Shown here: positions 12,521 to 26,152 of the stretch, piece after piece
Numbering within the stretch: the stretch's first letter is position 1
How the letters are laid out: every line of letters begins with the position of its first letter
NCBI GenBank assembly: GCA_964234715.1
Contig: OZ174275.1
Length of the DNA stretch: 64,000 nt
Reading direction: 5' to 3' (one strand)
DNA from: Podarcis melisellensis
Lineage: Eukaryota
Notes under the pieces: generated by a model
The model's input: only the letters and a program-made list of their open reading frames with translations
Databases searched by the model: none
Told to the model about the DNA's origin: nothing
Position numbers and translations under genes: made by a program

Positions 12521-15500
12521 TAGACCACTGCGCAAGACTTGAAGATGAATCTTTACTTGCCAGGATGGCAACAATTGAAATTGAGTTCAATACAATTTGT
12601 TTCTCTCCCTTGAGCCCTAGATAGGACTTGGGCTTCTTGCTCTAAAAACACAGTCTTTCGTAGCAATGAACAAATCATTAGTTCAGAGCTTGCCTTTCTT
12701 CATAAACACATGAAAACAAATACAATACGATTTTAAAACATACAACCAATAATTAACATACTGCTAGCCTTGGTGTGACTAAAAACATAAAAATCACACG
12801 AATCTGGGAGCAGTGTTTCTGCTAGATGTTTGAACGTAAAAGCCCCTCCAGAACAATTGTAGTTTTTCATGAAACTAGTGCTGTGCTGAGATGTGTCCTC
12901 CAAATTCTGAAAATATTTCCTTCCCTGAGAAGCAGATTTCCTTTTTTTCCTGCTTCATTCTCAGGGCAGAATTCCCTTAGAATTTTCAGTGTGGGTGGGG
13001 TTTTGATCTTACCTTATTGTTGTTCGTGGGCTGAGGGTGCCTGTGCAGTTTCTTTCCAGTAAACATTTCTCTAGCACTCTGCAGCCTCCCCTGGCTGCCT
13101 GTCCTACTTGATCTGATAAAGCCCCCCATGGTGGGAGGAGTGTCCTTGTGATGTCTTCCTCTGGACATGGGCACCTGGGAAGGCTGCAGCGTGCAACCAC
13201 TGGTGAGATGATTTGTAGAATGACAAACACGGATTGACCACCTCAAAAGGGAAGATAAGCACCACAAAAGCCTTGCCCCCCGCACCCATGAGCATTTCAC
13301 TAAAGTTTTCTCTGTCCTTTTTTTGTAAATTTCAAATTCATTTTCTTTCCTCATTATTTGACAGAGGATGATTAAAAAAGACACACTGGAGAAATCATCG
13401 GCACAGCACCAGAGATAGAATTAGGGAGTAGGGGGCTAAATGAATCTGATTTGCAATAAGAGATTTGCCAACATTATAGAATGTGTGTTGCATCAGGAAG
13501 CACTATTCAGTATGATGAAAAAGATTCCTTGCTCAATTTCCTGGCAGATGTTAACTTCTGTGTTACACCGCCCCTCCCCATGTAACATGTACAAATACTT
13601 TCTTTTATAGTTTCCTCTTTCAGATACATAATTTTCTCCCCCTGCATCCAACTCTGATCCATTTATCTGATGGCCTTAAGCATATATAATATTAGCATGG
13701 GAACAATATCTATTCAGGGTTTTTTTGGTCTCATTTAATTTCTACACTCTAATTATTATTATTATTAATAATAAGTGTATAATGAAATGGTACTTTTTCT
13801 TTACTTTGCCTAAAGCTCTTTAAAAAATCAAAAGACCTAAAAGCCAACATCGGACTGTGCATATTTTGTGCAAAAATGCACATTCTGCACATCACTTGCT
13901 CTGCATCACAAGAGCTGAAGCTGTGCATGTAGAATATATTATGTAAACAAAGACTTATGTAAATCTTAATTTAATTTATGCAGTTCTGCAATATATATAG
14001 AAGTGAATTAAAGAAAGTTCATTCGAAAAATTTAAAATAAATAAATAATGCATTTGTGGATGAATTGTTCTCTTTTGTAAATATATGAAGATATATCTAT
14101 TTTCAGCAGAAGGGTCCGGCTTCTTATTCTTTCTCTCCTTCCTTTAATACCCCCTCTCCCCCGAAGGAAACATCATAACAAGGAATCCATTATTGCTGGC
14201 TATGTACTTTTCAGGGATGGCTTGCATCTGGCAAAGTTATTTGGGGGCGGGGGGAAAGTTTTTTTTAAAAAAGGCATAGATTTGCTAGGGATAATTCCAG
14301 TCCTCTCCTGAGAACTTTCCCAAATGCTGGATTCTATCCTGTGACTGCTCCTCTCCCAATTCCTGAATGGCTTTGAGAAGGTTGAAAAAAGGAGATGTAT
14401 TTGCCATATGGCAGTACTTGTAACTACGTTCCCACATGGAAAAGGTCAGCTTGGCTTTCTCCCAGTGAAATCAGATACCCCGTTTAACCCCCTTAGCTGA
14501 ATCCCAAAAGGGTGACAAAAGCAAGCTGCCCTCCCTTCCTCCTTCAATTAATCCATTCTGCAAAAGATACTGTGTTTATGTGTTTTTCCTCCATTTAGTA
14601 TCAGGCAGCTACACGGATAACCTGTGGCTGTAGTTTTTCTTTAGTTAGTGCCATACATAAGTTTCTGCCGACCAGCTTGGCCACTTGCTGGAAACTCTTC
14701 AGCAGGAACAGCTTAGAGCTCAGGAGAGCCTCCTTTTCATAACTCTGTCAACAGTCAGTGGCTGTCAGACTATATATATAGAAATTAAGGGCTCCTCCTT
14801 CCTCAGTTTAGAGTTCACACTCTGGTTAATTTGCACCCAGAAGACCCCTTCTGCCTGGGGTATGGGAAAGTGTTTTTATGAATGTATCACCCTTGGGTGG
14901 TTGCAGGGTATTAAAACATCTGTATTTCAATTAAGGAAATGCAGAAGCTACATTAATTCCTTGGTGTTCCAAATGATCTTGAGATTTCATTGAGCTCCTC
15001 TAAATAGTGGGTAGGACTTCCACTGTTATTGTTGTTTACTTAGAAGTAATAAGTTCCACTGAATTTTGCATGGTGTTCCAAAGTTCAGTGCACATAGGAT
15101 TGTAGCTTTGCAGCAGCACAGCGTAATTCTGTACACACTCCCTGAGACTAAGCCCAATTGAACACATTGGAACTTAGTTTTGAGAAAACATCATCTTGCA
15201 CTGTTAGGGGCCTCCTCATTTCATGGGATTTCATCTCTCTCCCCCTCCCTCCCTTCCTCTCCATCCTCATCTTATTTATCACATTTGCTCAGGAGGGTGT
15301 ACATGGGGTTATCCCATTTTTAATCCTCATAGCAACCCTATAGATAGGTCAGGTTGAGACTTTGCCCAAGTTCATCTAATATGGGTCCTGAACCCAGGTC
15401 TCTATTGTCCATGTACAATAGTTTCTCCACTCCATCCCACTCACTTTTCTTACTATTAGTTGAGAATGTTTCAGACAGTAGAGGGGAAATAACCAGCTGT

Positions 15501-16381
15501 TTTACATGCATCTTTTCCATAACCACTGAAATATTAGTAGGCAAATCTTTCTGGTGGCTTTAAAGGCCTTCTTAATTTAAAGTGGCTTCCTTGTTAGGAG
15601 CATCTGGAATCTGTTCTGGTGTTTTTAATTCCGCTGAGTTCTTGAAAGATGCCCAGTGGCTGCATTCAGTGCTGTACTGGGAATTTAATTAAACCAGAGA
15701 TGGATGAAGCATGAATGAACTGCAGCTGGTCTGGCAAGCCCAGGAAAGGGGTGAGAGAGTGCACAATGGACAGACTGAGAAATAGATGCAACAAAAGCCA
15801 CATGTTCTTAAAAGAAGACACTGCGTAATTCCTTGAAGTGTTTACATGGTTTGTTGTTAGACCTGGCAAACGTAACACTTCATGCCAGTTGTTCCTGAAT
15901 TGTCACCTACTATTTGAAGAAGTGTAGCAGTTATTTAAGAGGGCAGCCTCTGACTGTGGAATCTGATGTCCAATCTACCTTCATTCGGTTTTGCCACATT
16001 TATTTTATTTATTTCATTTGTGTATTGCTTCCCATGAAACACCTTGAATTGATGAATAATATATATATGTTCAAGTCCAGTACAGATAGAGTCTGGGATA
16101 AGAATCTCCACTTCAAAAGGCTTGTAGAAAACAGAGGGTCTTCAATAGATGCTGAAAAGGCAGTAGAGACAGTGGCTGTCTGATACAATCACTTGATTTG
16201 ATGTTTTCAGCACCCGTTAAAGAATTACCTCTTCATCATGTGCTTTTGGAGGAAGTTAATCTGGATGAGATTAACTATGAATTGACATCTGCTTGCTCTA
16301 TTGTACTATGGACGTTATTTTCATGTTGGTTTTAAATTGTTTATTAGAGTTTGGAACCACCTTGTGATCATAAGTGGTGTA

Positions 16382-16632
16382 CAGTTGCACCTTGGATCCT
16401 GAACGCCCTGGAGCTTGGACGTTTTGGCTCCTGAATGCCGCAAACCTGGAAGTGATTGTTCTGGTTTGTGGACGTTCTTTTGAAACCCGAACATCTGATG
16501 GGGCTTCTGCGGCTTCGGATTGGCTGTAGTAGCTTCCTGCAGGCAATCAAAAGCCACGATTTGGCTTTTGAACATTTTGGAAGTAGAACGGACTTCTGAA
16601 ATAGATTCCATTCGATTTCCAAGGTATGACTG
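16382..16632. mobile_element. Tc1/mariner (Tigger-like) MITE
   Basis: Imperfect TIR cagttgcaccttgga / tccaaggtatgactg; TA flanks; internal similarity to the 11035 element. Confidence 0.7.
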
Positions 16633-17998
16633 TAATAGGAAACTGAATGTATGAACATGGACCACTTTTGCTGTGGGAAGATGGTTATAGTTTATATAAT
16701 GTGATGAACTGCTAATGGGGGTTTAATGTTGTTTTATTGTGTTTAGTGTTTGATGTTTTTGTAATTGATATTTTAAATAGTTAATATTTTCATCAGCCTT
16801 TTAGAAGGAAAGGCCAAGGTACGAATGCTTCAAAAAAATAAAACCAATCTGTATGGGCTAGGTTAGGCTGAGTAACCACTCCATGGTGGTTACTGGACCC
16901 GTGAGTCAACAGTTCCTTCTGGTGCAAACAGCTGATTTATGTGCCAATGTCCTCCCTCAGTGTCTGTTGAGTGACAAGCAGCTGCATTTGGTGTGAATTT
17001 GTGTTCTGAAGATTGTTCCTTGACTTCCAGACACTTTCCGTGTGGGAAAAACTACTGACCCCTGTTAGTGCTCTTTCAATTGCTAACATGAATTTAGAAT
17101 CACAACTCAGTATTACTGAATGGTCAGATTTATTTAATTTCATCCTGAAAAATAAACAAAAACCTTTTTTGACATTTGACCATATAAGGGTGGATTTAAA
17201 AGAGTTTCTCCTTGGCAGAATGACAAGGAACATTTTTTATGTGGGAAATTGCCATTGCAGATCATCCTCGATTGTGTAATAAAATGGATACTTAAAAGCA
17301 ATGTTAGCAAGATATTGGCTAATGCTTGCAATTGATCTCAATATTTACAATCAATCTTGTTGAACAACTTACCTCTGTGTGAATGGTATATACACATGCA
17401 ATGAAAGGTGGGGTCAGGGAGAGGGGAATAGGGGGTTCTTTATCTGTATTTACTATTGTATAATCCGACTGGGTCCGGTACGTTTCCACAGCCACCGAAT
17501 TCCCGTATAGCAGCATCTACTTGACATTTACTACTGAAAATGCATGAATAAAGACTAAGAAAATTACACAACATTCTTGCTAAATAGTGGAATTTCCTTG
17601 CTTATTGCCTGTTAAGGATGCTGCTATACTAATGCTAATTGGAGTCTTTCCATGCTCAAGATTTATGCAGTTGGTGGCCAAAATCACTCCACTGAAACAC
17701 AAAAGAGAAGTACTATCAGACTCTGTGTAACCCTGAAGTATTCACACACACACACAATTTTTTTTCCAGGGAAACCCTCCTGAAATTCCTTCTCTAAAAA
17801 CTCTCCAGTTCTGTAATAACTTCTGTGTAGGGAAAGGTTGAATGGATGTCTTTTGATTTCTACTGACCACCTTGCCACTTTAGAATGTTTCAGTGTAAAC
17901 AATTGCAACAACTGCAGAGTGTTGGCATCCTGAGCAGTATGTATGTGAACTGTAGACGGCTGTAAAGATCATTAGTCCACTAATTATCATGGCTCTAG

Positions 17999-18166
<168 letters not shown>

Positions 18167-18190
18167 TGATAAGATAAGACATCCTAAATC

Positions 18191-18192
<2 letters not shown>

Positions 18193-18265
<73 letters not shown>
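18193..18265. repeat. (CT)n microsatellite
   Basis: Pure CT run starting 39 nt after the end of exon 6. Confidence 0.97.
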
Positions 18266-18267
<2 letters not shown>

Positions 18268-20094
18268 TAACTAAGTAATTTAGGATATTGTTGGTGGTTT
18301 TGTTTTTTCAAATATGAAACTACTATTATTTATTTTCCCTTAGAAGAAAGTATAGTATTAATATGTTAATGTCTCTAGCTATGTCCTTTTTCAGAGCATT
18401 TCATAATAAATAAACTAACTTTCTTTCGTCAGAGAACGTATCCTGTTACAAGTCAAAAAAGCAAATGGTAGAACATACACAATTCCTGAAAAATGTGATT
18501 GAAAAGCAGTGCAGAAGCTGATACTTTACTGCACAGATGGTATGTCAACAGGTGCCCGTGGCTGTACTGAGGTGAAGGAATTATGCAAAGGAAGAAAGGG
18601 AAGTCTTCGGAGAATGGAGGCTATTGCAGCCTCAGTAGGGAGAATGACTCCAGGAGCTACCCTTCCTTGGTGATCTCCTTTTCTTCTCAATTGTCAAAGC
18701 ATCTAGGGCTTCTGGATGAGCCCATGCTCTTCTGATTGGACAAATCATGTCCTGGCACCACGCTGAAGCATGAACTAGCAGCAGATTGTTCAAAGGCCCT
18801 AGATATGCTCTTGGGTGAGAGACTAGGGTACATTGTCCTCCTTGAAATAAGGAGCAGCTCTGTTTCCCCATCAAAGGCCACTTCAACTGTTATTGATGAA
18901 GCAAATTGTGGGTGTTATGTGGGGTGATTTATGAGTATGGAATCAACACCTGCTTAGAAACTGGGTTTCAGTATCTTCTTGATTCACCTTCTCTTCATAA
19001 ATGTTCTTTTTGCTCTGAAAGGGATAGACATATAATTACTGGTGGATAATTCTTCTATTCTCATACTCATGGCCTTCTTGTATACTTGCTATCAGTAACA
19101 ATGCAGAACACAATCTTATGCATATTCACATGTAAGTGCCACTGTATTCAGTGAAATGTAAACTTTTGCATAACTGTACACAGTATTGCAGTGACTGTAG
19201 AGAAGAGTATATTGATCGATGCCATTTTCCTTTGGGGAGAAAAGGTGAAACAGATTCGTAGTGTCAAGGGTTAGCACTGTTATGCACCTGCCAAGGTCAC
19301 CCACCTCCATTAACAAGAGCTCAGGGACTTACACCTCTGTTCCACCATTTCCTGTGCTCACGTCTCGTGAGTGCGTCTCGTGGCATGCATGAGTGATGTG
19401 AGCACGTCATGTGGCGTGCACTCATGGCAAGTGTATGTCATTGAGGGATATTGAGGGGCTCCAGCTCCCTCCTTGAAAATTTTGCTGGCAGCAAGGCCCC
19501 TTGGCCCTCCTATCTGGTGCCCATGGTGGCAGTGAGGATCTACTCACAGAGAGAGGAGGGGCATCTCTGTACCAACCTGATGTTTAAAGGCACAAGAATC
19601 ACTCTAAAGAGCAGACTTCGCCAGCTGTGTTTTATAATGTAACATTAAAAATGCTGCAAATTCTGAATAATCCGCATGGCTGTAATAATGGTGTCTCCTA
19701 ATCCTGTCTTTTCTTAAAAGTTGCTGGTGTCTCACAGAGGGGGGGATCCATCTTCCTCCAAGCTGGGTTTTGTTGCTGTCTAAATGACTAACAGTTTCTT
19801 CTCTGTTGCTCTTTGCAGCTGGAGTGCTCGTAAACTCTGCTGGCCTTGGTGTTTTCTGACCCACACCATGGAGCATTAATTACTGCTAGGCTTGGCATGC
19901 CATGTAGGAGTCACCCTTTGACTTATCTCTTAATGGTTTCTTTCTCTCCTGTTTGCCAGGGTTTGTTGTCTCAGCCTGGCCTGATAACCCTCTTACCGTT
20001 TGAGATTTATATATATATATATTTAAAAAACAAAGTTCTCAAAATCTGTCCCATTTGTTTTCTTGTCTTTGTTTTGAAAAACGCTCTCACACAG

Positions 20095-20187
20095 CCTGTC
20101 TCGTTGCTTGAGAAAGCTGCGCCTCAGTGGTGCCAAGGGAAGCTGCAAGCACATCTCGTAGCTCAGACTAATCTGCTGCGGAACCAG
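20095..20187 (+). CDS. BIN1: BIN1 exon 7 (alternative, neuronal BAR insert): [31 protein letters not shown]
   Basis: cacacag|CCT...CAG|gtgaca; 93 nt, phase 0-0; matches recalled human exon 7 peptide. Confidence 0.96.
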
Positions 20188-22026
20188 GTGACAGCCGAGC
20201 CCACCTTGCTCTCTAACCCTGCATGCCCTCTCCCTGGCTGAACCCCTCTGCTGTGCTCTTCACCCTCAGGCAGCATTCACTCTGCTAAGCATCCTTGTAA
20301 GGCACTCCTTTTCTCCAAAGAAGTGACTTAGGTTTCAGTACATTGGAATAAAAATGTAATACAAGGGGACAACACCAAACCAACTTGTATTTTATTCTTA
20401 GAGCAATGTTGTTGTTGTTTTTAAAAAAGACTATGTGATTTTCCAAACTTGTTTTCTTTGTCGGCTATTCCTGCTGTTAAACAAATTTGCCACCAATAGT
20501 ATAGTGCAATGCCTTGCACACCAGCCAGATTTATGGGACAACCAGGTAGAGAATAAGTTGAAAGGTGTTGGGTTAGCTCCACCCTTTCTTGGCCTCAAGA
20601 CCCAACGCCCTAAGGACCGTTTCCTCCACACATGGATGCCAACTAGTGGTTGTTAATCAGGAATGATGAGTTGGTTGTGGAGCTTCTAGTTGATGATATT
20701 TGGTATGGTGCTTCTTGTTTCTGAGACATTACATGGGTGGATGGGAGATAAGGTTGATGTTTAGGTGAAATGCAGATTTCTGCTGCTTATATAGTTTTCC
20801 CTTCTCCTGTCACTTGGGTGCTTTTCCTGTCATAAAAATCTTCACAGCAATGCCTCCTCTCCCCATTTGCTCTCCCGTGCTCAAAAACGTCCTGGTCTTA
20901 CTGAAACATCAACCTTCTTGTTGCTTTGTCCATGCTTCCCATTCCACAGCCATTCTTCTCCTTCCCCATAAACTGGCCATTAATTCATGAGAATCTCTCT
21001 GCTTGAGCATCCCAGGGATGATAGCATTGATGCTTCTGCTACCTCTCTTCTTGCCTCCCTTCCGGCTCATTTGGTCTAAGCATGTGACAAGTTGGGGCGA
21101 AGAGAGTTCCTTTTCCTGAGTCTCCCTTTCTTAGATTGCCTGCAATATCCTTTGTCAGTTCCTGCTTCCCTTTTATAGATTTTAGAGTTGCAAAGGCACC
21201 TCCAATATTTTCTAGTTCACCCCCTGTCATTCTAGGAATTCTACTCCTGCAGCCTCTTGTATGGGTGGCAATTAAAACTTCTAATAAAGGAGAATTCACC
21301 ACTTTCCAAGGGAATCTGTTTTATTGTCAGATAGGTCATTAATTTTCTACTTTGTCTTTTGTTTTGGCTCCTTTCTGCTTTGTGTTTTGGCTCCTACCGT
21401 CTGGAGCAACAAATTTACTTCATCTATATGACAAGCTTTTAGATATTTGAAGATGGCTATCATAAATCTTATTTTATAATTCAGCTTTATCTGAAGTCCA
21501 GAGGTTTTGTAACTGGATCTGGAGCAATATCTAGAGGGCTTGTACATATTTCCACTCCTTCTGCAGTGGATTAGAAACAGGACTGAACTCTGAAGCTTTT
21601 TCTAGCTTCTAGTTTTCCAAAATCATCAGAAGGCGGGGGGGGGGGGGGCGCAGTTGCCAGTTAAAATGAAAATCTGGCAATAATCCTTAAGATTCATGGA
21701 CTGGTTTGGGAAGGAGTTCTGTAATAAACTAATGAAAGTCACTGGACACCAACTTGTCAAAGGAGAGGGAAACTTCAGCCTCCTTATTGGAAACCCTTCT
21801 GGCACAAGGCATTCCTGGGAGTGAGGAGGGGAAGATAGATGATGCAACTGGCAGATGAGGAACTGAGCAACAGAGGAAAGAAAACAAATACTGCCTTAAA
21901 GGACTGGAGGACAATAGCTCATTAGCTTGGCTGGAAGGAACCACATTTCTTGTATGTTCACAAGGAACTGGTTACTGAGTTAATTGCTACTTACAAATTT
22001 GGAGTTTATTCTTTGCCCCTCCCCAA

Positions 22027-22034
<8 letters not shown>

Positions 22035-22083
<49 letters not shown>
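22035..22083. repeat. (AC)n microsatellite
   Basis: Pure run. Confidence 0.97.
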
Positions 22084-22086
<3 letters not shown>

Positions 22087-25000
22087 CTCTCATAGGTTCC
22101 CTACTGTGATACCAAGAAGCTTGCAAATCAATGGAATTATTTGGCCCTCCAAGCCCCCACTTTGTCCATTTCCCCTCTGACTGGTCCCTTGCTGTGATTC
22201 TGTTGTGACAAAAGGTTGTTGTGCCCCCCACAACTTGTCCTTAAAAATAGAAGGGGCACACCCACTCTTTGGTAATGCCTGTTTTGATATTCCGTCCACC
22301 TTCAGAGGGCTGACCATGGGTCAGTGCAACCCCCTGTCTTTAAATGGTTAGCTACCCCTACCACAAAAGCTAGCATTTGGCTACTCAGAACTTTATAGGA
22401 GGCTGCTGAAGTGTTTGGGGGGCAGCTTCTAGAAATAGCTCTCCATGCATTTGTTGGTTTGTAGATTGGGGATTTTATGTTTTACTAGTGTGTGAAATGT
22501 GAAAAGCTGCAAAATATATCTTTAGGCTTGGCCTAGTCAGAACAGTCTGGCTTCAGTGAACTATTAAGACCTCAAAACAGAGACTTCCAAATCTTTAATT
22601 GAGTTACCAGCTTCTTGGTTTACTAGAGATCTTCCTCTGATGTAAAGTTTAAAACCACGATCAAAAGGATTCCCTTTGCTTCTTTCTGGGCTGGTGTGTG
22701 TGTGTTTGTTTGTTTGTTTGTTTGTTTGTGTGTGTGTGTGTGTAAAACTGCCCACTTTTCTGTATCAGGTGATACTTGGCAGGCTGTTGACAGGATTCAA
22801 GATCTGATTTATTCCTGCTTCTTCATGTACAAATTGCCTCAGTTTGTGCAACATCTTAAGCCTGTCAGCTACTGACCCATGGGTTGGACTACATTCCACA
22901 GATCTTTCCTGCTTTCTGCTATCATTTCAGTCTTTTAAATCAGAGTCTTAAAGCGAATTCTTTGCTCCTCAAGCAGTTAAGCTTGGAATGTGGACCCTTT
23001 AAAGATAAATGTGGGAGATGAGCTTTTTGAGAGCTACGCCAGAACCAAAGTTACTTCTCAAGCAGCATGTTCTCTTCTGGAATGTGTTCAGATTTGAGGG
23101 TGATGGGTGGGATGGCAATGGATAGAGACTGATGCTGACTGCTTAGGACAGCAAATTCCTGCCTTTCTATAACTCACTTGAAATGCTGCTGACTAAGAAG
23201 CAACACAGAAGCTTGCTTCATGAAACAGGCCCAGAAACAGCACATCTCAAAGTGGATATGGCAAGCAAACTCCTGAAGCTTGCTGGATAGGATATGCTGC
23301 CATTTCATCTTGCTGAGTTGGGGGCTCTCTTAATAGGGGCGAAATCTAATCAAATCACACTGGAGTCTAAAATTTGACTGAATTCTGAAGCCCAGTGTTA
23401 AGAATCTGCAAGCAAGTTATTGGGTTGGAAAGGTGAAAGGACCTCAGATAGTTAGCAGCAGGCCTTAAAGGATGCTGTTTCTTGACCACAAAGTGCTGTG
23501 CCTGTATTTTAAAAAAGGCAACACAACAATAAAAAGCAACTAGAAGAATTAATCTCCTAAAGATTAGTTGGACACAGGAGAACCAAGAAAAGCAGATGAC
23601 TGACACAACTGCTTTTATGTGCTGTCGTATACATTATAATTTGGGCATTTAAGTGTTTCGGGCAGGGGTCTCTTTCAGCCTTACTTGGAAATGCCAGGGA
23701 TTGAACCTGGGACCTTCTTGTATGCAGAGCAGGTGATCTCCCACTGAGCCAAAGTCCTTCCCTGTGGATAGGTGTGCCTCAAATTCCATTATGTATCGGT
23801 TTGCTTTGAGCTTTCCAAAGTGGCAAATTATTGCAAATATAAATATTTGGTTGGGCAATGTCATTTGGCTGATTCTGTGATGCCCACATGATCCTCCTCG
23901 TGGGAAAACCCTAGAATCTTGGCTGGACCCCCAACTCTCTTCTTGCTTCTTTCTAGAGTGAATGTTGCCTAGGGTGCTTCTTTGTTAGTGCATATTGGGA
24001 TGTCATAATAAGTGCACATTTGTATCAATTGCTTTTTTTGATTCTCTGAGCTGTCGAGCACAAATGGTTCTACCTGGCAAGAGTATAGAAGCAGTTTAGT
24101 ACGGTACTAAGAGACAAAACTATTTAGCAGACTGCTAAAGTTAGCAGACTTTTACACCATAATCCTACTTCTGAATTTTGGCCTATGATCAATTTAGTAA
24201 CCCTTAAACAGAATTTAATTTAGTTTTCTCAACATAAAGATAGATCTGTTTTTTGCTTCTGTCTGTCTGCCCAGAGCAAGAGTAAATTAATTAAATCATT
24301 TATTCAGGCTAGCTTTATAGTAAACACCTTGTGTAAGAAATACTACTACTACTATTACTAATATAATCTATGTTTTAGCAACTAAAAGTTTATTTTTTAT
24401 ATTAGCATCCTAGACCACTGCAATCTCCCTTGTATTTCTTGGCAAGGACAGGAAGTCCAGAATACAAGCCTCCTTTGACAATACAAATATCCAGAGGTTC
24501 AGTCCATGACAATGATGCTTTCTATAAGTGATCTATAGAGGCTTGTGGCATTGTGACATTTTTGCTCTTGTGGTGGAGTATGAGTAAGTTGCTTGCATTT
24601 TTTTCCTGTTAACACAAGCTGCTGAATAGATAAGACTCGAGATTCATTGTTTATCCCAGCTGTGCTAGGCTTTTTGCTGCACCAAATTACATTTATGAAA
24701 CAGATGCATTATAACTGTGCCAGTGATAGCTCTGATGTTGCCAATTGCCTAATAATTTCAGATTCACACTCGGACAATTATTGCAGTATCCACCACATTC
24801 CTAGAGTACCACTTTCCTAGAATCTGCAGCTACACATTGGCATTCTCATCACTACTGGGGAGGAGTGAAAGGCCATGCAGAAAATTAATACGTATTGTGA
24901 TCAAAATAATGAAGAGAAACAACGGACTGTGAGATTGGAGTTAATTTAGATTCAGGATACTAACTGGAAAATGATTGGAGAAGGTGACCAAGACTCTACA

Positions 25001-25757
25001 ATGGAAGTCATCAAGAGTCAGGGAAATTAATCACAATTTCCTGCAAAGATAAACTGAACTTGCAGGGGGTGGGGAGTGGAAGTGTCATAGGGCTCCTGGA
25101 AAACACTGGGAAATTTCTAATAATACCCTTCAGTCTGAATTAGCACCCTGCTAATATCTTTGATGTTACTTCATAACACAATTGTTCTCTGTGGGGAGCA
25201 GGTCTTGAGCTAAGAATATTTAGCCTGGGAGCTATTTTCGTGTGTGTGAAGTTCTACAATGTAGGGAAGCGGGATTTTGGAATGCTACCATTGAATTGCT
25301 TGTGAAACTCACAAACTGCTACGATCACATTGCTTAGATTATATGGATGGGTACCATAAGTCTAAGGCATAGAGTGGCTTTGGAAGTAACACAAAGTAAC
25401 ACGATGCAGACATTGAGGAACAGGAAGTGCATGAGACAGAAACTCTGCTTCCTCAGCATCCACATCACATCTAAAGCCAGTCTCAGAGGTCACTGACAGT
25501 TTCTTCCACTCTGATCATTAGGGCTTCCCTATGCCAGCTCCAGGCTGCAGATGAGACTCCTACACACACTCTTTACAGAGGTGGATTGTAGGGTGGATGG
25601 GAAGAGGCTCCTGGGCAGAAGATCTATAGAAACCCAGTTCTTGGAATGCCCTAGTCTTGACCCACTTACGGAGCATGCAGCAGCAAGCTCATGTAAGCCT
25701 TCCCCTGAATTGTACCCCAGAGGCTGTGCATATCATTGCCCCATCCTTCCTCTCTAG

Positions 25758-25843
25758 GCTGAAGAAGAATTAGTAAAAGCCCAGAAAGTGTTTGAGGAGA
25801 TGAACATTGATCTTCAGGAAGAACTGCCTTCACTATGGAATAG
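25758..25843 (+). CDS. BIN1: BIN1 exon 8: AEEELVKAQKVFEEMNIDLQEELPSLWN(S)
   Basis: ctctag|GCT...AATAG|gtaagc; 86 nt, phase 0-2. Confidence 0.97.
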
Positions 25844-26076
25844 GTAAGCACATGCAGTAGTTAACAAATTGTGTTCATGGGGGATGTGGTTGGAGGGGAG
25901 GGGTAAAGATATCTTGACTGATTCCGGCCATGATGTCTTGGTCCACTTGGTTCCTTTTGCTAAGTGGAAACTCATAAGGTTCAGTTCTACTGAGCATTAT
26001 CGCTCTGTGAGTGAATAATTGGAAGAAAAGCAGCTGACCATGTCTTCAGTAACTTATATTATATTTTATTTTCCAG

Positions 26077-26152
26077 TCGTGTTGGTTTCTACGTCAACAC
26101 ATTCCAGAGTATCGCAGGTTTAGAAGAGAACTTCCATAAGGAAATGAGCAAG
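26077..26152 (+). CDS. BIN1: BIN1 exon 9: (S)[25 protein letters not shown]
   Basis: ttccag|T CGT...AAG|gtaaca; 76 nt, phase 2-0. Confidence 0.97.

Noticed and set aside
19350-19530. CpG-rich, partly palindromic stretch in intron 6
   Set aside because: It ends in sequence resembling a DNA-transposon terminus (…tggtgcccatg) and has no splice or ORF signal. Most likely a decayed TE.
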